Under the pieces are notes generated by a model. The model had not been told where the DNA came from. It saw only the letters and a program-made list of their open reading frames with translations, and did not search any database. A DNA stretch of 64,000 nucleotides, taken from positions 186,001-250,000 of the forward strand of contig NC_027216.1 in the NCBI RefSeq assembly GCF_000981445.1, in the 5' to 3' direction. Position 1 is the stretch's first letter; every line of letters begins with the position of its first letter. Origin of the DNA: Babesia bigemina. Taxonomy: Eukaryota. Of the stretch, positions 1 through 10,830 are shown in pieces. The translations under genes and the position numbers were made by a program.

Positions 1-564
1 AAAATGTCCGCCCACCGCGGAAAATATAGGTGTCAGTAAGGCTAGGGGCGTCTGATGCCGGTGCCACACATCGGCGTTGCGGCGTGCTCGGCGACAACAG
101 ACGCGACGACCGCCCTCTCGTCCAGCTGAGTAACGCAGAAAATCTGGTCTCAACGATTACACAGGCGAATATAACTGCGGCAGCACATCGGCACTCTTTG
201 AAATTGCCGATCTCGACGACTACACACAAACAGCAGTTCAGCCCAGACAATACCGCTGATCGTGCTAATTCCCCATGTCTACGTGTCCTTCCTTTGTCTA
301 TATCCCTATTAATTAGGTTTTAAGTGAGTGTGGCGGCTGTTACCGTGCTCCGCGGCTGGCGACGTCGACTGTGACGTCTGCATGTGGACTGCGCTATTAA
401 TTCTGTCTTGGAGTCATCTGGATTTTAATGCGCGTGCCTTTGCACCATTCGCCACATTCTCGCCACATGAAAGGGTCGCATGGGCAATCTATTCGCTCTG
501 TATCGCCATTCCGTCAAATGAACTGCAGCGGCTAGGCCACTAAGACGGCACCAACTTCATCGCA

Positions 565-3463
565 ATGACAACGCCCGGGGGATCATCCCAGGCACACGAT
601 GACGATCTGCCACGGCATTGTCGGCATATCGACTACCTCCAGGCCAATCTTCTCAAGCATGTGCTTAAACTCGAGGAGGCGGAGGTTGTGAACGCCAGCA
701 ACCACCGCTGCTTCATCCCTACGTGCCAAGGCGGCGACCTGAACGATCTTAAGGTCTTCTTCAACATGGGCACGCCGCCAATGAACACATACCATCCCAT
801 CAACTACATTGGCATCGGCCTGCACAACGACGACAGTGTGGACACCTCCGGGTGGTACACTGCCTACGTACCGGTGCACCTGCAGTGCTTCAACAACGAC
901 TTGTACGTGCTGAAGCAGACACTGATTAGGCTGATTGGCGCGGGAAAATTCTGGTTACCCGGAGATAAGCGAGAAGTTCCGACCACCCACGAGTACCAAG
1001 ATGATGGCACTAGCAGCTCGGTGCCGGATTCGCCACGCGGCATTGGCGACATCCCGTCCGCCCCAGACGACACCAATTTGCCGGTTGCGAATCTCTTCGG
1101 CACGCTGGATATGGGCCTTGTCGGTGACGATACCAACATCTTCGTGCCAGCGTGCACTCCGCTTGGCGTGACCGATCCCAACCGGTACATCTTTGTTACG
1201 CCGTCGTGCATGTACGCCACGTTGCCGGAGCTGGCATCGGTGCTAACGTTCGAGGGGTTGCAAGTCAGCCTCCGCATGGTGATTCAGGTGTCTGTTAAGC
1301 CTGGGTCATACATAGCGGCTGGAGCCAGCGTGCGAAACCTCAAGGAGAACTTCGACTGCTGCTTCCCCAACGATGGTAGGCAGTCTTCAACAAAGCGTTC
1401 CACTGCTGTTCAGCGATCGAATGGTACATCGACGACGTCGATAACGTCATTCCACAGCGCGTGTTGGCGCGCATACTGAGGAAAGAAGAAGCCGTCGTGC
1501 GCCACACGTCGTGCGACTCGCCCATCCAATCCCCGCGCGAAAAAGTGAAACCGCAGGTCCAGGGGGTAAACCTCATCACTGTGATGCCGTCAACTAACGT
1601 TTTATTTGCGTGCGAAAACAATTTCCTGGCGCTGCGTGGTGCTTACTCGAGCATAGGCGGCACGGAGGATGCCGTCACATTCCTCGAAGCCACCTCCCCT
1701 AGCGCTAATACAGCGTCGGCTACAGGAAGCACCGCTCCTATTTCCGCCGCACCAGCTTTTCTAAATGTGCAAGAACCAGTCAAACCCGGCGATCCGAGCC
1801 CCAGGAGGGCTGCCGCAGCAGGCGGCGCGGGTGAGAGGTCGACAGGGCATGACACCCAGGTACTAGCGCTCAGATTGAAGTGGACGGAACACAACAATCG
1901 GGTGGTGTTCTACCTCAAATCCATGATAGGCCCAAAGTTTTTGGACTGGGATGCCGAGCTTAAGGTATGGCGAATCAGCGCCACGTTTCTCTACGAGTGC
2001 GTGAAATACGCAGTCTTCCTGGGCTTGCGGGTTTGTGACAGGGTATTGTACGCTCTGTGGTCGTGGCTGAGGTCGATCGATATGAGGTCCATCGGCGATG
2101 TGTTCTCGAAGGTGCACCTAATCGACTGGCTCGGCACCAACAAGATATGGCAGTTCCAGCGTGTCTCCTTGCGTGTCGTGCCTGGCTTCAACGCCGCGGT
2201 GCACCGAGACACAGACAAGGGGGCGACCCCTGCGGTGCAGGCCATGTCGCGCGAAAATGCGGAAACGGTTGAGATAAAGCTGATGCCGTTTAACAAGGAC
2301 ATTGTTGCCAAGTTCAAGGAACGCAATGCAGCACCTGCTTCGAGTTCAGCGTACGTGTGGGACAAGGAGTCGGGTAGCTGGCTGACTGGGAGGCTGTTAT
2401 CAGCCTTGGAGGACCTTCTGTCAGTGCTGCCACACCTTCGTGAATCCAACCTGGGTGACACCTTCCTGTCCTCTCGCGGCATAAACCTGCGTGACATCAA
2501 TCGGGAGCAAAAGAAGCGGCAGTTCCCAGGCCAAATAACAGTTCCTCTGAAGTAAGTTAAGACACCATAACACGACCGCATATTGCCGTGCAGGCGCCAC
2601 AACGCGACACCCGGCGACGAGAGCGACGGCGAGTCGGAGTTCGCCACCGTGACCAAACTGCTGATAACAGCAGCGGGCAAGGAGCCTCACCTAATGCGCA
2701 TCCGCGACAAGATACGCCGTGTTGTAGAGTACGTTTCCACTATGAATGCTCCACGGTTCTCAGGAACGTGGCGCCGCCGACATCGAGCATCTCAGCGTCA
2801 GGAAAGGTGGTATCGGGCGGTGCTGGCACGGGCGGCATAGAGTTCGTGGAGGCACCGAGAGGCTGCGAATGGTGGAACAAAGTCTCGCTGTGCGTGGTGC
2901 CTGACGAGCACGACGGGGAAATACCCGTCGACCCGTACGACCCGCAACTGCTCGCCAGTCTCATTGGGGAGGTGTTCCTGGTGAAGGAGGCCGCGCTGGA
3001 CTACCTACTGGCCAACTTCAAGCGCTGGCCTGGGCCGCATGACGCGGTGGGCTACTCGCGCTGGACAACCATGATGACGCGGCATGAGCCTACGTGTTGG
3101 GGCGGCTTAACCTTGGACGGTCGCCAGAACCTCGCGCAGTCGCGGCTGTTCTGCGACGAGGACTTTTTCGTCTCCGGCAGCAGTGAAAACAGCGACGCCG
3201 CGCTGTGCCGGCTGCTCATACAGCTGGGCAGCGGCAAGCTGGTCACCAGCGCTAAGGACGCGGAGTACGTGATCATCACCGACCGCACCTCGAAGGAGGC
3301 CATCGAGCTGCATCGCCAGTTCGGCGCGAATGACGAGGACCTCATATCGAAAACCCACGGTGCTCGCCACTCCACTCTCGTCACCCCCAAGTTCATCTAC
3401 GACTGCATCCTCGGGTGGCGGCTGCAGCGACCCACTCGGTCACACGGCCACATGGCGTTTTGA
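565..3463 (+). CDS. Multi-domain protein: NEURL4-like ADP-ribosyltransferase fold + 2 HARP-like modules + tandem BRCT (4 exons)
   Basis: ORFs 565-1479, 1461-2555, 2583-2840 and 2588-3463 join in frame through GT-AG introns 1376-1413, 2552-2593 and 2729-2763. Motifs: GTPPxxxxxPxxY..WYTAY..FVTPSxxYA..QVSVKPGSY..FPNDAIEW (ART-like); LDWDAELKVW and VWDKESGSW (HARP-like); AEYVII..LVTPKFIYDCIL (BRCT). Confidence 0.65.
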
Positions 3464-3606
3464 CGTTGCCTGCTACTTAATCTGTATGCATGCTAGTCCG
3501 TTAGGCACGATACCAAACACAAAACACAGCTTAATTGAAAAATGAACAGTTGTTTCTGCATCACATGTGCTATGCTACACTGCAGACGCCACTCTGGCCC
3601 ACGCGC

Positions 3607-6600
3607 TCAGTTGCGCAGGAACTCAAGGATCTCGATATGATGCCGCTCGTCTAGCACGCCGTTGTTGCGTATAACGTCGAGGAATTTGATCGCCATCTCC
3701 TTGAGGTAGGAGCGCTTGGGGTGCGTGCTCAGGATGCCCATCGCGTCCGCGTAGTTGCGGTGCACCAGCTTATCGACCAGGAGATTGATGGTCTCCGCAG
3801 TCGGTAGGTCCATGTTGCGCATCAGCGCCTGCAACTCCCCGGAGAAACGCTCGTTCCCAAATGGGTCAACTTCCTGAGATTCCTCATCGCTGCCTTCGTG
3901 ATTCCCGTTTGCGGTGTTTTCTGCAACGCCGGCTCTTGCCCCTGGGGTCCTAGCATATTCTCCGGAATCGTTTGAATCTGTGGTTGGATAGGGCTCCAGC
4001 TTCAGGTAGGGGTCCGCCAGTTTGATAAGGAAAGCGTACGCTTCAGTTGGGGTGCAGGCGCCGCTGCGAACGAGCATCGTGAAAATGGAGTCGCCGTCTT
4101 CCGCTGACAAACTGAGGTACTTCATCATCTTGAACTGCTGCTCTTCATTCAGCAGCTGCTGCCAGTTGAGGTCTAGAGGCGCTGAGAGCGGCATCTCGAT
4201 GCCCGACTTCTTCAAGACCTTTTCCAGGTGCTCGAACTTGAACCTCGCCCAGACGTTACGTATGACGTGGTTGTTAACTATAGGCAGCAAATTGTCACCC
4301 CCCTCCATGACAGCTTTAGAGGCGCTGACATCCAAAGCTGCTGCCTCTTCAAAGCTCGTCTTCGTTTGCTTCCAGTTGATGAAGTGCCTCGCGAACGACT
4401 TCAACGCCTGGTACTCCTCGAACGGGTTGCAGAGGGACGCGTCGTGGTTCGACCGCTGCACCTTCTCCCGCCCGTCTAGAACTTCATCCACGAACTCGTC
4501 TATCTCCATGTCAAGTAACGAGTTCGTTTTCTTGCCGTCCGAATCGAGCAGGGCCGCTTCCTTAAGCGATTTCACATACTTCTGATTGACGCCATCCTTA
4601 GACTTTTCTTTCGCTTTCAAACGAGCCTCACGGCTTATCGGAAGCAGCCGGCTTCGTATCAGCTGCTGCTGATTCACGTGCAGCTGCTTGAAAGCACTGC
4701 GATAGGAAGCTCCGAAGTACCGCAGACAGTCCATCTCAATGTTGTGAGTGGAGCTGGTGAACCCAATGTTGACCATCTGCGTGATTAGCTGTAGGAAGAT
4801 AAGTCTGGCATCATCTAGCATCTTGTTCAATTTGATGGTGGGCGCGTCTATGCGATGGGCGCTGTCTTCCAAAACCGACAGGTCGTCTATATCGGCGAAT
4901 TGGATTTGCATGTTCGACGGCAACACATCGTTGAACAGTCTGCGGTTGTACGATCTGTAAGCTGCCTCGGCAAACACGGCCCTTTCTTCGTCATTCAAGT
5001 GGTAACGCTCTGAAACCGCTTCACCATCAACTTCCGTATCAGGGGGGGTTGCACTACCATTGTTGGAAGCAGCCAAGCCTCCTTTGCTGACTTCGCTCGG
5101 CGTGGTATCACTCGCGTCGGACGGTTGGATGTACTTGTTAACCACCTTATCGTCGCTAGACACGCGGCTCACAACCTCGGGGAAACCCGCGCTGTTCAGA
5201 TTGATAACCGTGCAATTCACATCGCTCTGTGTGTGGTCAACCTCCTCGGGCTGGCACCGAGCGAGGTTGTTGGTCGCCGCGGTTATGCCCTGGGTGAGGT
5301 CAGATGCCACGATGAGGCTGTGCTTGGTTGCGTGCTCGCGGAGCTCGTCAAATGCGCATTCCACAATCTTCATGGACTCCAAATTCGTCAACGCCTCTAT
5401 CTGCTGCTCCGCTTCCCCCATGATTTGCCCCCTGCGGTTGTCCAGGGAGTGGGCAATATGACATGCGTCCTTGAACTTGTTCTCGATAGCGTTGATAGTG
5501 CCGATCGGTAGCGGCGAAATGGCGGCCACCGAGCTGGGATTGACCAATATGGTATATATGAGGTCGTAATTGCCGCCATGCAACGCGTTTACGAAGTGGC
5601 GTAAGGGAAGCACCTGCCGCTCCCACAAATCGGTCATCATAGGCCGTTTGACCAGCAGCTCCAGAGTGCGAGTAACGTCCGATGGCGTGTTCATAAGAGC
5701 CTTAAAAACATCATTTAGCGTTCTGTTTCGCAATTGAAGCTTGTTGTCAACGATTTCCTCAAGGCCCGTGTGCTCCTGAACAGCCATGTAGTGCATGTCG
5801 TCGAAAAAGAAGGGCCAATCTCCAGACCCCTCAATGCAGTTGGCAATATGACGCCTGGTACGGTGCGCCAGATCGGACGCCATCACCTCTGTCAGGAGCA
5901 CGTCTGAACGCCCTTCGAAACCGGAGCCGTATCTGTAGGCAAACCTCAGGAACAGGTGGTAACATTCCTCCAAAATGAGGCGTGCGACGAGGGGCTTGCT
6001 GCTCCTAATCAACGGGTTTAGCAGGATTCTTGGCGTTTTCAGAATGTCGGCGCAGTCGTCATGCGACGACAGGTAGTCGTCCACTGCTGTATGCTCGAAT
6101 ACAACTTCGATGTCAATGGGAAGCCTGCCTCCGAAGAGGTTGAAATTGTAATAGTTGACGAGGAACTTCAAAGCCGCGGGATCGTCTGCCGCTACCGCTT
6201 CGTTAATATATTCCTGAGGGAACGGGACAGGCTTCATTTTTTGTTCTTGGTGCAACGTCTCCTCACCGAATCTGGCCGGGTCCGCCGCCACGCGTTGCCC
6301 TCCCGTTGACGGAGGGTTGGCCTCACGTACCAGCAGCTCCAATGGCCTTACCCTCAAAAAGGCGTTGTCCAACGGGAACAGCCCGCTGTGGGTCAAGCAT
6401 CGGCCAACCAGCTTGTATAGGAACAGGATGCACTGGATCACGCCCATGTTGGCCTGGTGAACGAGACCAGTTGGCTTCTCTCTTGCCAGATCTTCAGGAG
6501 CCAGAGAATAGTTGATCGCGTAGGTGTCCACCGAGCGTATGTAATTCAGTGTATCCAAGCATATTGCGACGACCTTGTTCTGGATACTGTTGAGCTGCAC

Positions 6601-8418
6601 GGGCTTTAATTTCATGAGATCGTTCATTCCAAGTGAGAGCAAGTTCCCGAATTTTTCCAAATCTCCGAATAGCAGGCTGCGCTGTAACTCTTCAATCGGC
6701 AATATCAGGTTTCCCTCGGAATCGTGACTCCAGATGGCATCTAGGTCGTCATCCCATTCGTGGTCCGGCCGTGCTCTGTCAACGTGGCCTCCTCCGGAGC
6801 TGCCATTAACCTTCTCGTCTGATGCTCCTTGTTCAGACGTCTCAACTGCATTTGACATTAATTCATCACCTGCCGACCTCTTAACACCGGCCATAGTTCC
6901 GCTACTGCCATTTGACAGTGCAATGTCTGCGGCGATTCGTTTCACGTCATCCGTTACCAGGTCCCGTGACGCCTGGCCTCGCGGTCTAAAAGACCTGTCA
7001 AATATATCCAGCGATGTTTCCAGATCCTTTACAACTGCTTTGAGATGAGCGAACTGCAGTCTATTGGTGATGAACGGCAGACGGTCGATGCCCAGGTACA
7101 GCTCGTCTGAATCGTTGACCTCAGCATCCGCGTTGCGTAGCGGGTCACATGAATTCAGATGGGGCAGCAAGTGCCTCAAAGTCGCGTCGTAAGCTATCAA
7201 ATCGGCCTGTACGCAACTGAAGCCGAGGCGGGCACCCCGAGCTGCCTCCGACTCCACAAACTGGCATGCTGCCAATGCCACCGTCGCGTAGTTGTCGCCT
7301 CCGAATTTGGGACCATATATATCGCAATGCAACTTCAGCATCGACCTGAAAACGCAGTTGCCCAGAGCCGCTTCTCGATCGGCGAGTTCCCTGGGGTAAG
7401 CAATGCCAGGAAGGGCGATGTTGTCCTTCCGCGTGTAACGGAAAAGCTCACCGTGCTCTGCCGGAATCACGGTGCCGTCGCTGTTGACAAGGTCGTACCA
7501 ACTGAAGTTGATGTCGACGAACTCGGGTAGCATGCCGCCAAAGGCCGCAACGTTGAGGTAGTCCCACAGCCTGGCGACGTGCTCCTCGGGTGATCGACTC
7601 TGCCTAATATCATGAAACTTCGGGGGGCCTAATGCAGCCTCGTTCACTTCAATTGCAGATTCCCATTGATGCATGGTTTCATGAGCAAAGTTCCTGATTT
7701 GCTTCTCGATTATACGGCGGATATGGTCAGTTTCGCTAGCGGACGCATTGGAACTGCGGTCTAAGCGATCCATAGCCTGCTTGGCGCAATTCAGGATACG
7801 CCCCCCAATCCAGTAAACCAAGCATCTCACCGAACGCAGAGCACTCGCCGAGTTGCGGTTGGACTCCTCACCAGAGCCGGTATATACCCGCGACTTGTGG
7901 AGCTGGGTCACGTGGTCGCAGGCGATGTTGAGCACGTCCTGAGTATTGCGCAGCACCTCGCCAACTACCTCGTCTCCTTGGAAGAACGCCAACTGCATTT
8001 CGTCGTAGGGGATTCTTGTGGATTGCGCTCTCGATCGAGGCGAAGAATCCCGCCCCCCTGAGCAGTCCACCTCCTCGAAGTGCTTTGCTGCATCATGCAG
8101 AGCCAGATCGTATTGTGACGGCCCGGATGCGGCCGCATGCAACGGTTCGAATTCCGTGTATATGATGTCATTCTCAACGTACTGCTTTTGTGACCCTGCA
8201 GCATTGTCCCGTGTTCCACGTGCTGAGGCGCCGCAACTCCATTTCCTTGATACCTGCGATAAACTAGAATGTTTTGATCCCACATCCTGCCACTCTGGAG
8301 GTCGTGAAAGCTCGGTATGGTGGATGCCGGACGGCCTATTGTACGCGTAGGCATAGCGGAACCGTACGACGCATACCAGCAAAGCACCGTAGCAGGCGGC
8401 CGCTACGGGGCCTATCAT
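3607..8418 (-). CDS. Large (~1600 aa) signal-peptide protein with three degenerate SprT-like repeats
   Basis: Single long ORF, first ATG at 8418, hydrophobic N-terminus. Three spaced copies of a Y/L-N-xxx-F-xx-x-LP motif, each lacking an intact HExxH. Confidence 0.6.
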   Translation of the reverse strand: MIGPVAAACYGALLVCVVRFRYAYAYNRPSGIHHTELSRPPEWQDVGSKHSSLSQVSRKWSCGASARGTRDNAAGSQKQYVENDIIYTEFEPLHAAASGPSQYDLALHDAAKHFEEVDCSGGRDSSPRSRAQSTRIPYDEMQLAFFQGDEVVGEVLRNTQDVLNIACDHVTQLHKSRVYTGSGEESNRNSASALRSVRCLVYWIGGRILNCAKQAMDRLDRSSNASASETDHIRRIIEKQIRNFAHETMHQWESAIEVNEAALGPPKFHDIRQSRSPEEHVARLWDYLNVAAFGGMLPEFVDINFSWYDLVNSDGTVIPAEHGELFRYTRKDNIALPGIAYPRELADREAALGNCVFRSMLKLHCDIYGPKFGGDNYATVALAACQFVESEAARGARLGFSCVQADLIAYDATLRHLLPHLNSCDPLRNADAEVNDSDELYLGIDRLPFITNRLQFAHLKAVVKDLETSLDIFDRSFRPRGQASRDLVTDDVKRIAADIALSNGSSGTMAGVKRSAGDELMSNAVETSEQGASDEKVNGSSGGGHVDRARPDHEWDDDLDAIWSHDSEGNLILPIEELQRSLLFGDLEKFGNLLSLGMNDLMKLKPVQLNSIQNKVVAICLDTLNYIRSVDTYAINYSLAPEDLAREKPTGLVHQANMGVIQCILFLYKLVGRCLTHSGLFPLDNAFLRVRPLELLVREANPPSTGGQRVAADPARFGEETLHQEQKMKPVPFPQEYINEAVAADDPAALKFLVNYYNFNLFGGRLPIDIEVVFEHTAVDDYLSSHDDCADILKTPRILLNPLIRSSKPLVARLILEECYHLFLRFAYRYGSGFEGRSDVLLTEVMASDLAHRTRRHIANCIEGSGDWPFFFDDMHYMAVQEHTGLEEIVDNKLQLRNRTLNDVFKALMNTPSDVTRTLELLVKRPMMTDLWERQVLPLRHFVNALHGGNYDLIYTILVNPSSVAAISPLPIGTINAIENKFKDACHIAHSLDNRRGQIMGEAEQQIEALTNLESMKIVECAFDELREHATKHSLIVASDLTQGITAATNNLARCQPEEVDHTQSDVNCTVINLNSAGFPEVVSRVSSDDKVVNKYIQPSDASDTTPSEVSKGGLAASNNGSATPPDTEVDGEAVSERYHLNDEERAVFAEAAYRSYNRRLFNDVLPSNMQIQFADIDDLSVLEDSAHRIDAPTIKLNKMLDDARLIFLQLITQMVNIGFTSSTHNIEMDCLRYFGASYRSAFKQLHVNQQQLIRSRLLPISREARLKAKEKSKDGVNQKYVKSLKEAALLDSDGKKTNSLLDMEIDEFVDEVLDGREKVQRSNHDASLCNPFEEYQALKSFARHFINWKQTKTSFEEAAALDVSASKAVMEGGDNLLPIVNNHVIRNVWARFKFEHLEKVLKKSGIEMPLSAPLDLNWQQLLNEEQQFKMMKYLSLSAEDGDSIFTMLVRSGACTPTEAYAFLIKLADPYLKLEPYPTTDSNDSGEYARTPGARAGVAENTANGNHEGSDEESQEVDPFGNERFSGELQALMRNMDLPTAETINLLVDKLVHRNYADAMGILSTHPKRSYLKEMAIKFLDVIRNNGVLDERHHIEILEFLRN

Positions 8419-8858
8419 CAAGTTTAACCTTCAGTTTGCGCTTCTAATTGTATTTCAACCGGTAACAGTTCTCATTCATACTCAATTGAGCCTGACTAGG
8501 CCGGCGGAATCCAGCGAGGAAGGCCAACAAAACGCCAGCCGCTTACATGAAGCAACGTAAGATTACTTAGCTGTATATGCTAGCATATTTCATTGCGATA
8601 TGTGCATATATTTTATGCGTTGATTTGGGTGGGATTCGCAGTGGACGATGTGCGCCCTCCGTTCCTTGCACAGTGGAATCTCAGACACGGCAGCGCAGCA
8701 ACTTATTCCAACCTTCCATAGCACCAGCCGGGCTAGGAATGCACACCACCAGAGCTATATTCGATGTGTACTATATAACAGTGGAACATCCGCAGTTTGA
8801 ACGCCTAACCTAAAGGCCGTGTATTGGCCAGTGACTTGGTCCCATAGGTCCCGGAGGC

Positions 8859-10362
8859 TCACTGCGAAAATATGCGTTCCATGCTTAGTATGCTTTGAAC
8901 CCACCTGAGCTCGAAATCGGAAAGGTCGCCGCGCCTGATGATGTCATTTAGGTCATCCAGGCAAATCAGACCGAAGTTGCCCTGCCTGAACTGGTTGATG
9001 AAGATGCGATAGCAGTTGGAGGGCTCGACGGTGCTGTACTTCCGCTCCGCAATCCGCGAGATGTGCTCCATAACCTGTTGTTGACGTGAGTTATGCCACG
9101 AATAGAGCCACGCCATTGATTTTTAAAGTGGAGCTGTGAACGCCCACGTACAGCTCATATAACGCACCTCCTTAACGTCGTCGGTAGGTCCGGGAAGCCC
9201 TAAGACGTTCACATAATCGAACATCCGCTTGCGGTTGAGGGTGTAGAGGATATAGTCCGCGATGTAATCCACGCCCGCGCTGTGGTCGTCAACGCAGCCT
9301 ATCGCCGCCAGCTTGAGGTTGATTTCTGGGCACTGCATCTTCGGCAGCATGACTCCAGGGGTGTCGAAGCAGTACAACTTCGGGTTTTCCGATACGAAGA
9401 ACGCGCTTAAAGTGCGCGTGCTTCCAGCCACACCGGCGCATTTGGCCTTGGAAGTAGTGAGCGACGTTGGCTGCTGCATGGCATACTTGGAGTGCCACCG
9501 TTGCTGAGCGAATTTGACTTTAGAATATAACGGAAGCTGTTTACGATACTGACGTGCACCGAAACTGTGATATGGCAACGTCGCGGCATCAATGCTCGGA
9601 ACACGTAGGCGATGCGGTACCGCCCATACCATGGTAGGAAACCCACCGTGAAGGAGTATCGCTTCAGAGCGTTGATAATTGAGGATTTTCCGACATTTGG
9701 CAGCCCCACCACCATCATCCAGACACCCAGTGTCTTGAATTGTGGCGTAACATGTTCCCGGACGAAGTTCGTGATCTTGGTTATCTTCCGAAGGCCCAGG
9801 GCGCTGTAGAGCACCACCTTCCTCCCGGTGTTCTCCAGCAGCTGTACAGCGCGCTGCAACAAATGAAGCACGGCTCGAGTGAACCCACCTGCATATCTTG
9901 CTGCGGGACAAGGTCGCTCTTGTTCAGCACCACCAGCCGCGGCACGTGCTCTGGATACTCCTCAGTGATGGTGCAGTTGGACGCCGTGAGCGGGGCACGC
10001 GCATCCCGAACTTCCAGGATACAGTCTACCGCCCGGCGCTTCTTCCCAATGTTAAGCTTCGCGGAAGCCATGTGGGCGGGGAACCACGTAATGCTGCGGT
10101 CGAAGATGAACTTCTCCCGCGGTTTGAAGGTCGCGCTGCATTCGTGTCAACAAACCAGCAAAGCATACACGTAACGTCACAGCAGCGCCAACGTTACGCT
10201 GTAATCGTTATGTACAATTAACATCAGGGCAAACATTAACGCATGGCAAATGAGTATATAGCGTGACCACATCTAAATGCAACATACAATGGGCTCAATT
10301 AGACACAGTATATCAGAAGCATTTAGAACATAACGGAAACCATTCGACTACCTCGTGCCCAT
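8859..10362 (-). CDS. MTG1: Mitochondrial ribosome-associated GTPase 1 (MTG1/RbgA/YlqF family), multi-exon
   Basis: WFPAHM, EVRDARAP, LNKSDL, VGLPNVGKSS, DTPGV, QFRQGNFG across ORFs 9781-10071, 9407-9871, 9123-9911 and 8859-9116 (circularly permuted G4-G1-G3 order). The start at 10362 assumes an 11-nt first exon and intron 10136-10351 and is tentative. Confidence 0.85.
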
Positions 10363-10830
10363 CGCTGACGACGCGGTTGACGGCGTCGGATTGTAGAAGA
10401 CAGTGGCGTTCTGGTCGTAGGTCGGCGGAGGCCGCCTGTAGATGAAGTCATCCAGGGAAGGACCCGAAGGTCGTCCCACACGCTGTCGGTACCTCCTAAT
10501 TACGTCCATTTTTCAGAGCATGATGGTGATGCTGCTCATTCTCGCAGTCCACCGTTGCTACACACCAACTCGGTCGAAGCCCAGAATAACCCTTTCTGGT
10601 TCGACTATTTCTTCTTTAACTCCATATTTGGGCCACGCATGACCACCTTTTATGGCAGATAGCCGATGTGTAGGCCTCACTTGGGCAGCGTTGCGCGTGA
10701 TTCCTCCAACGACGGCCCATCAAGAATGCGTCTGAACCTTCACCAGCATACGACACATCACCGACAAAAGCGGTTCAATAACAAAATGAAGCGTTGGGAA
10801 GTTTCTGGATGCTACATGTAGCGTGGAAGC

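Noticed and set aside
30..543. Two short plus-strand ORFs
   Set aside because: GTG starts and no recognisable motifs; probably upstream non-coding sequence.
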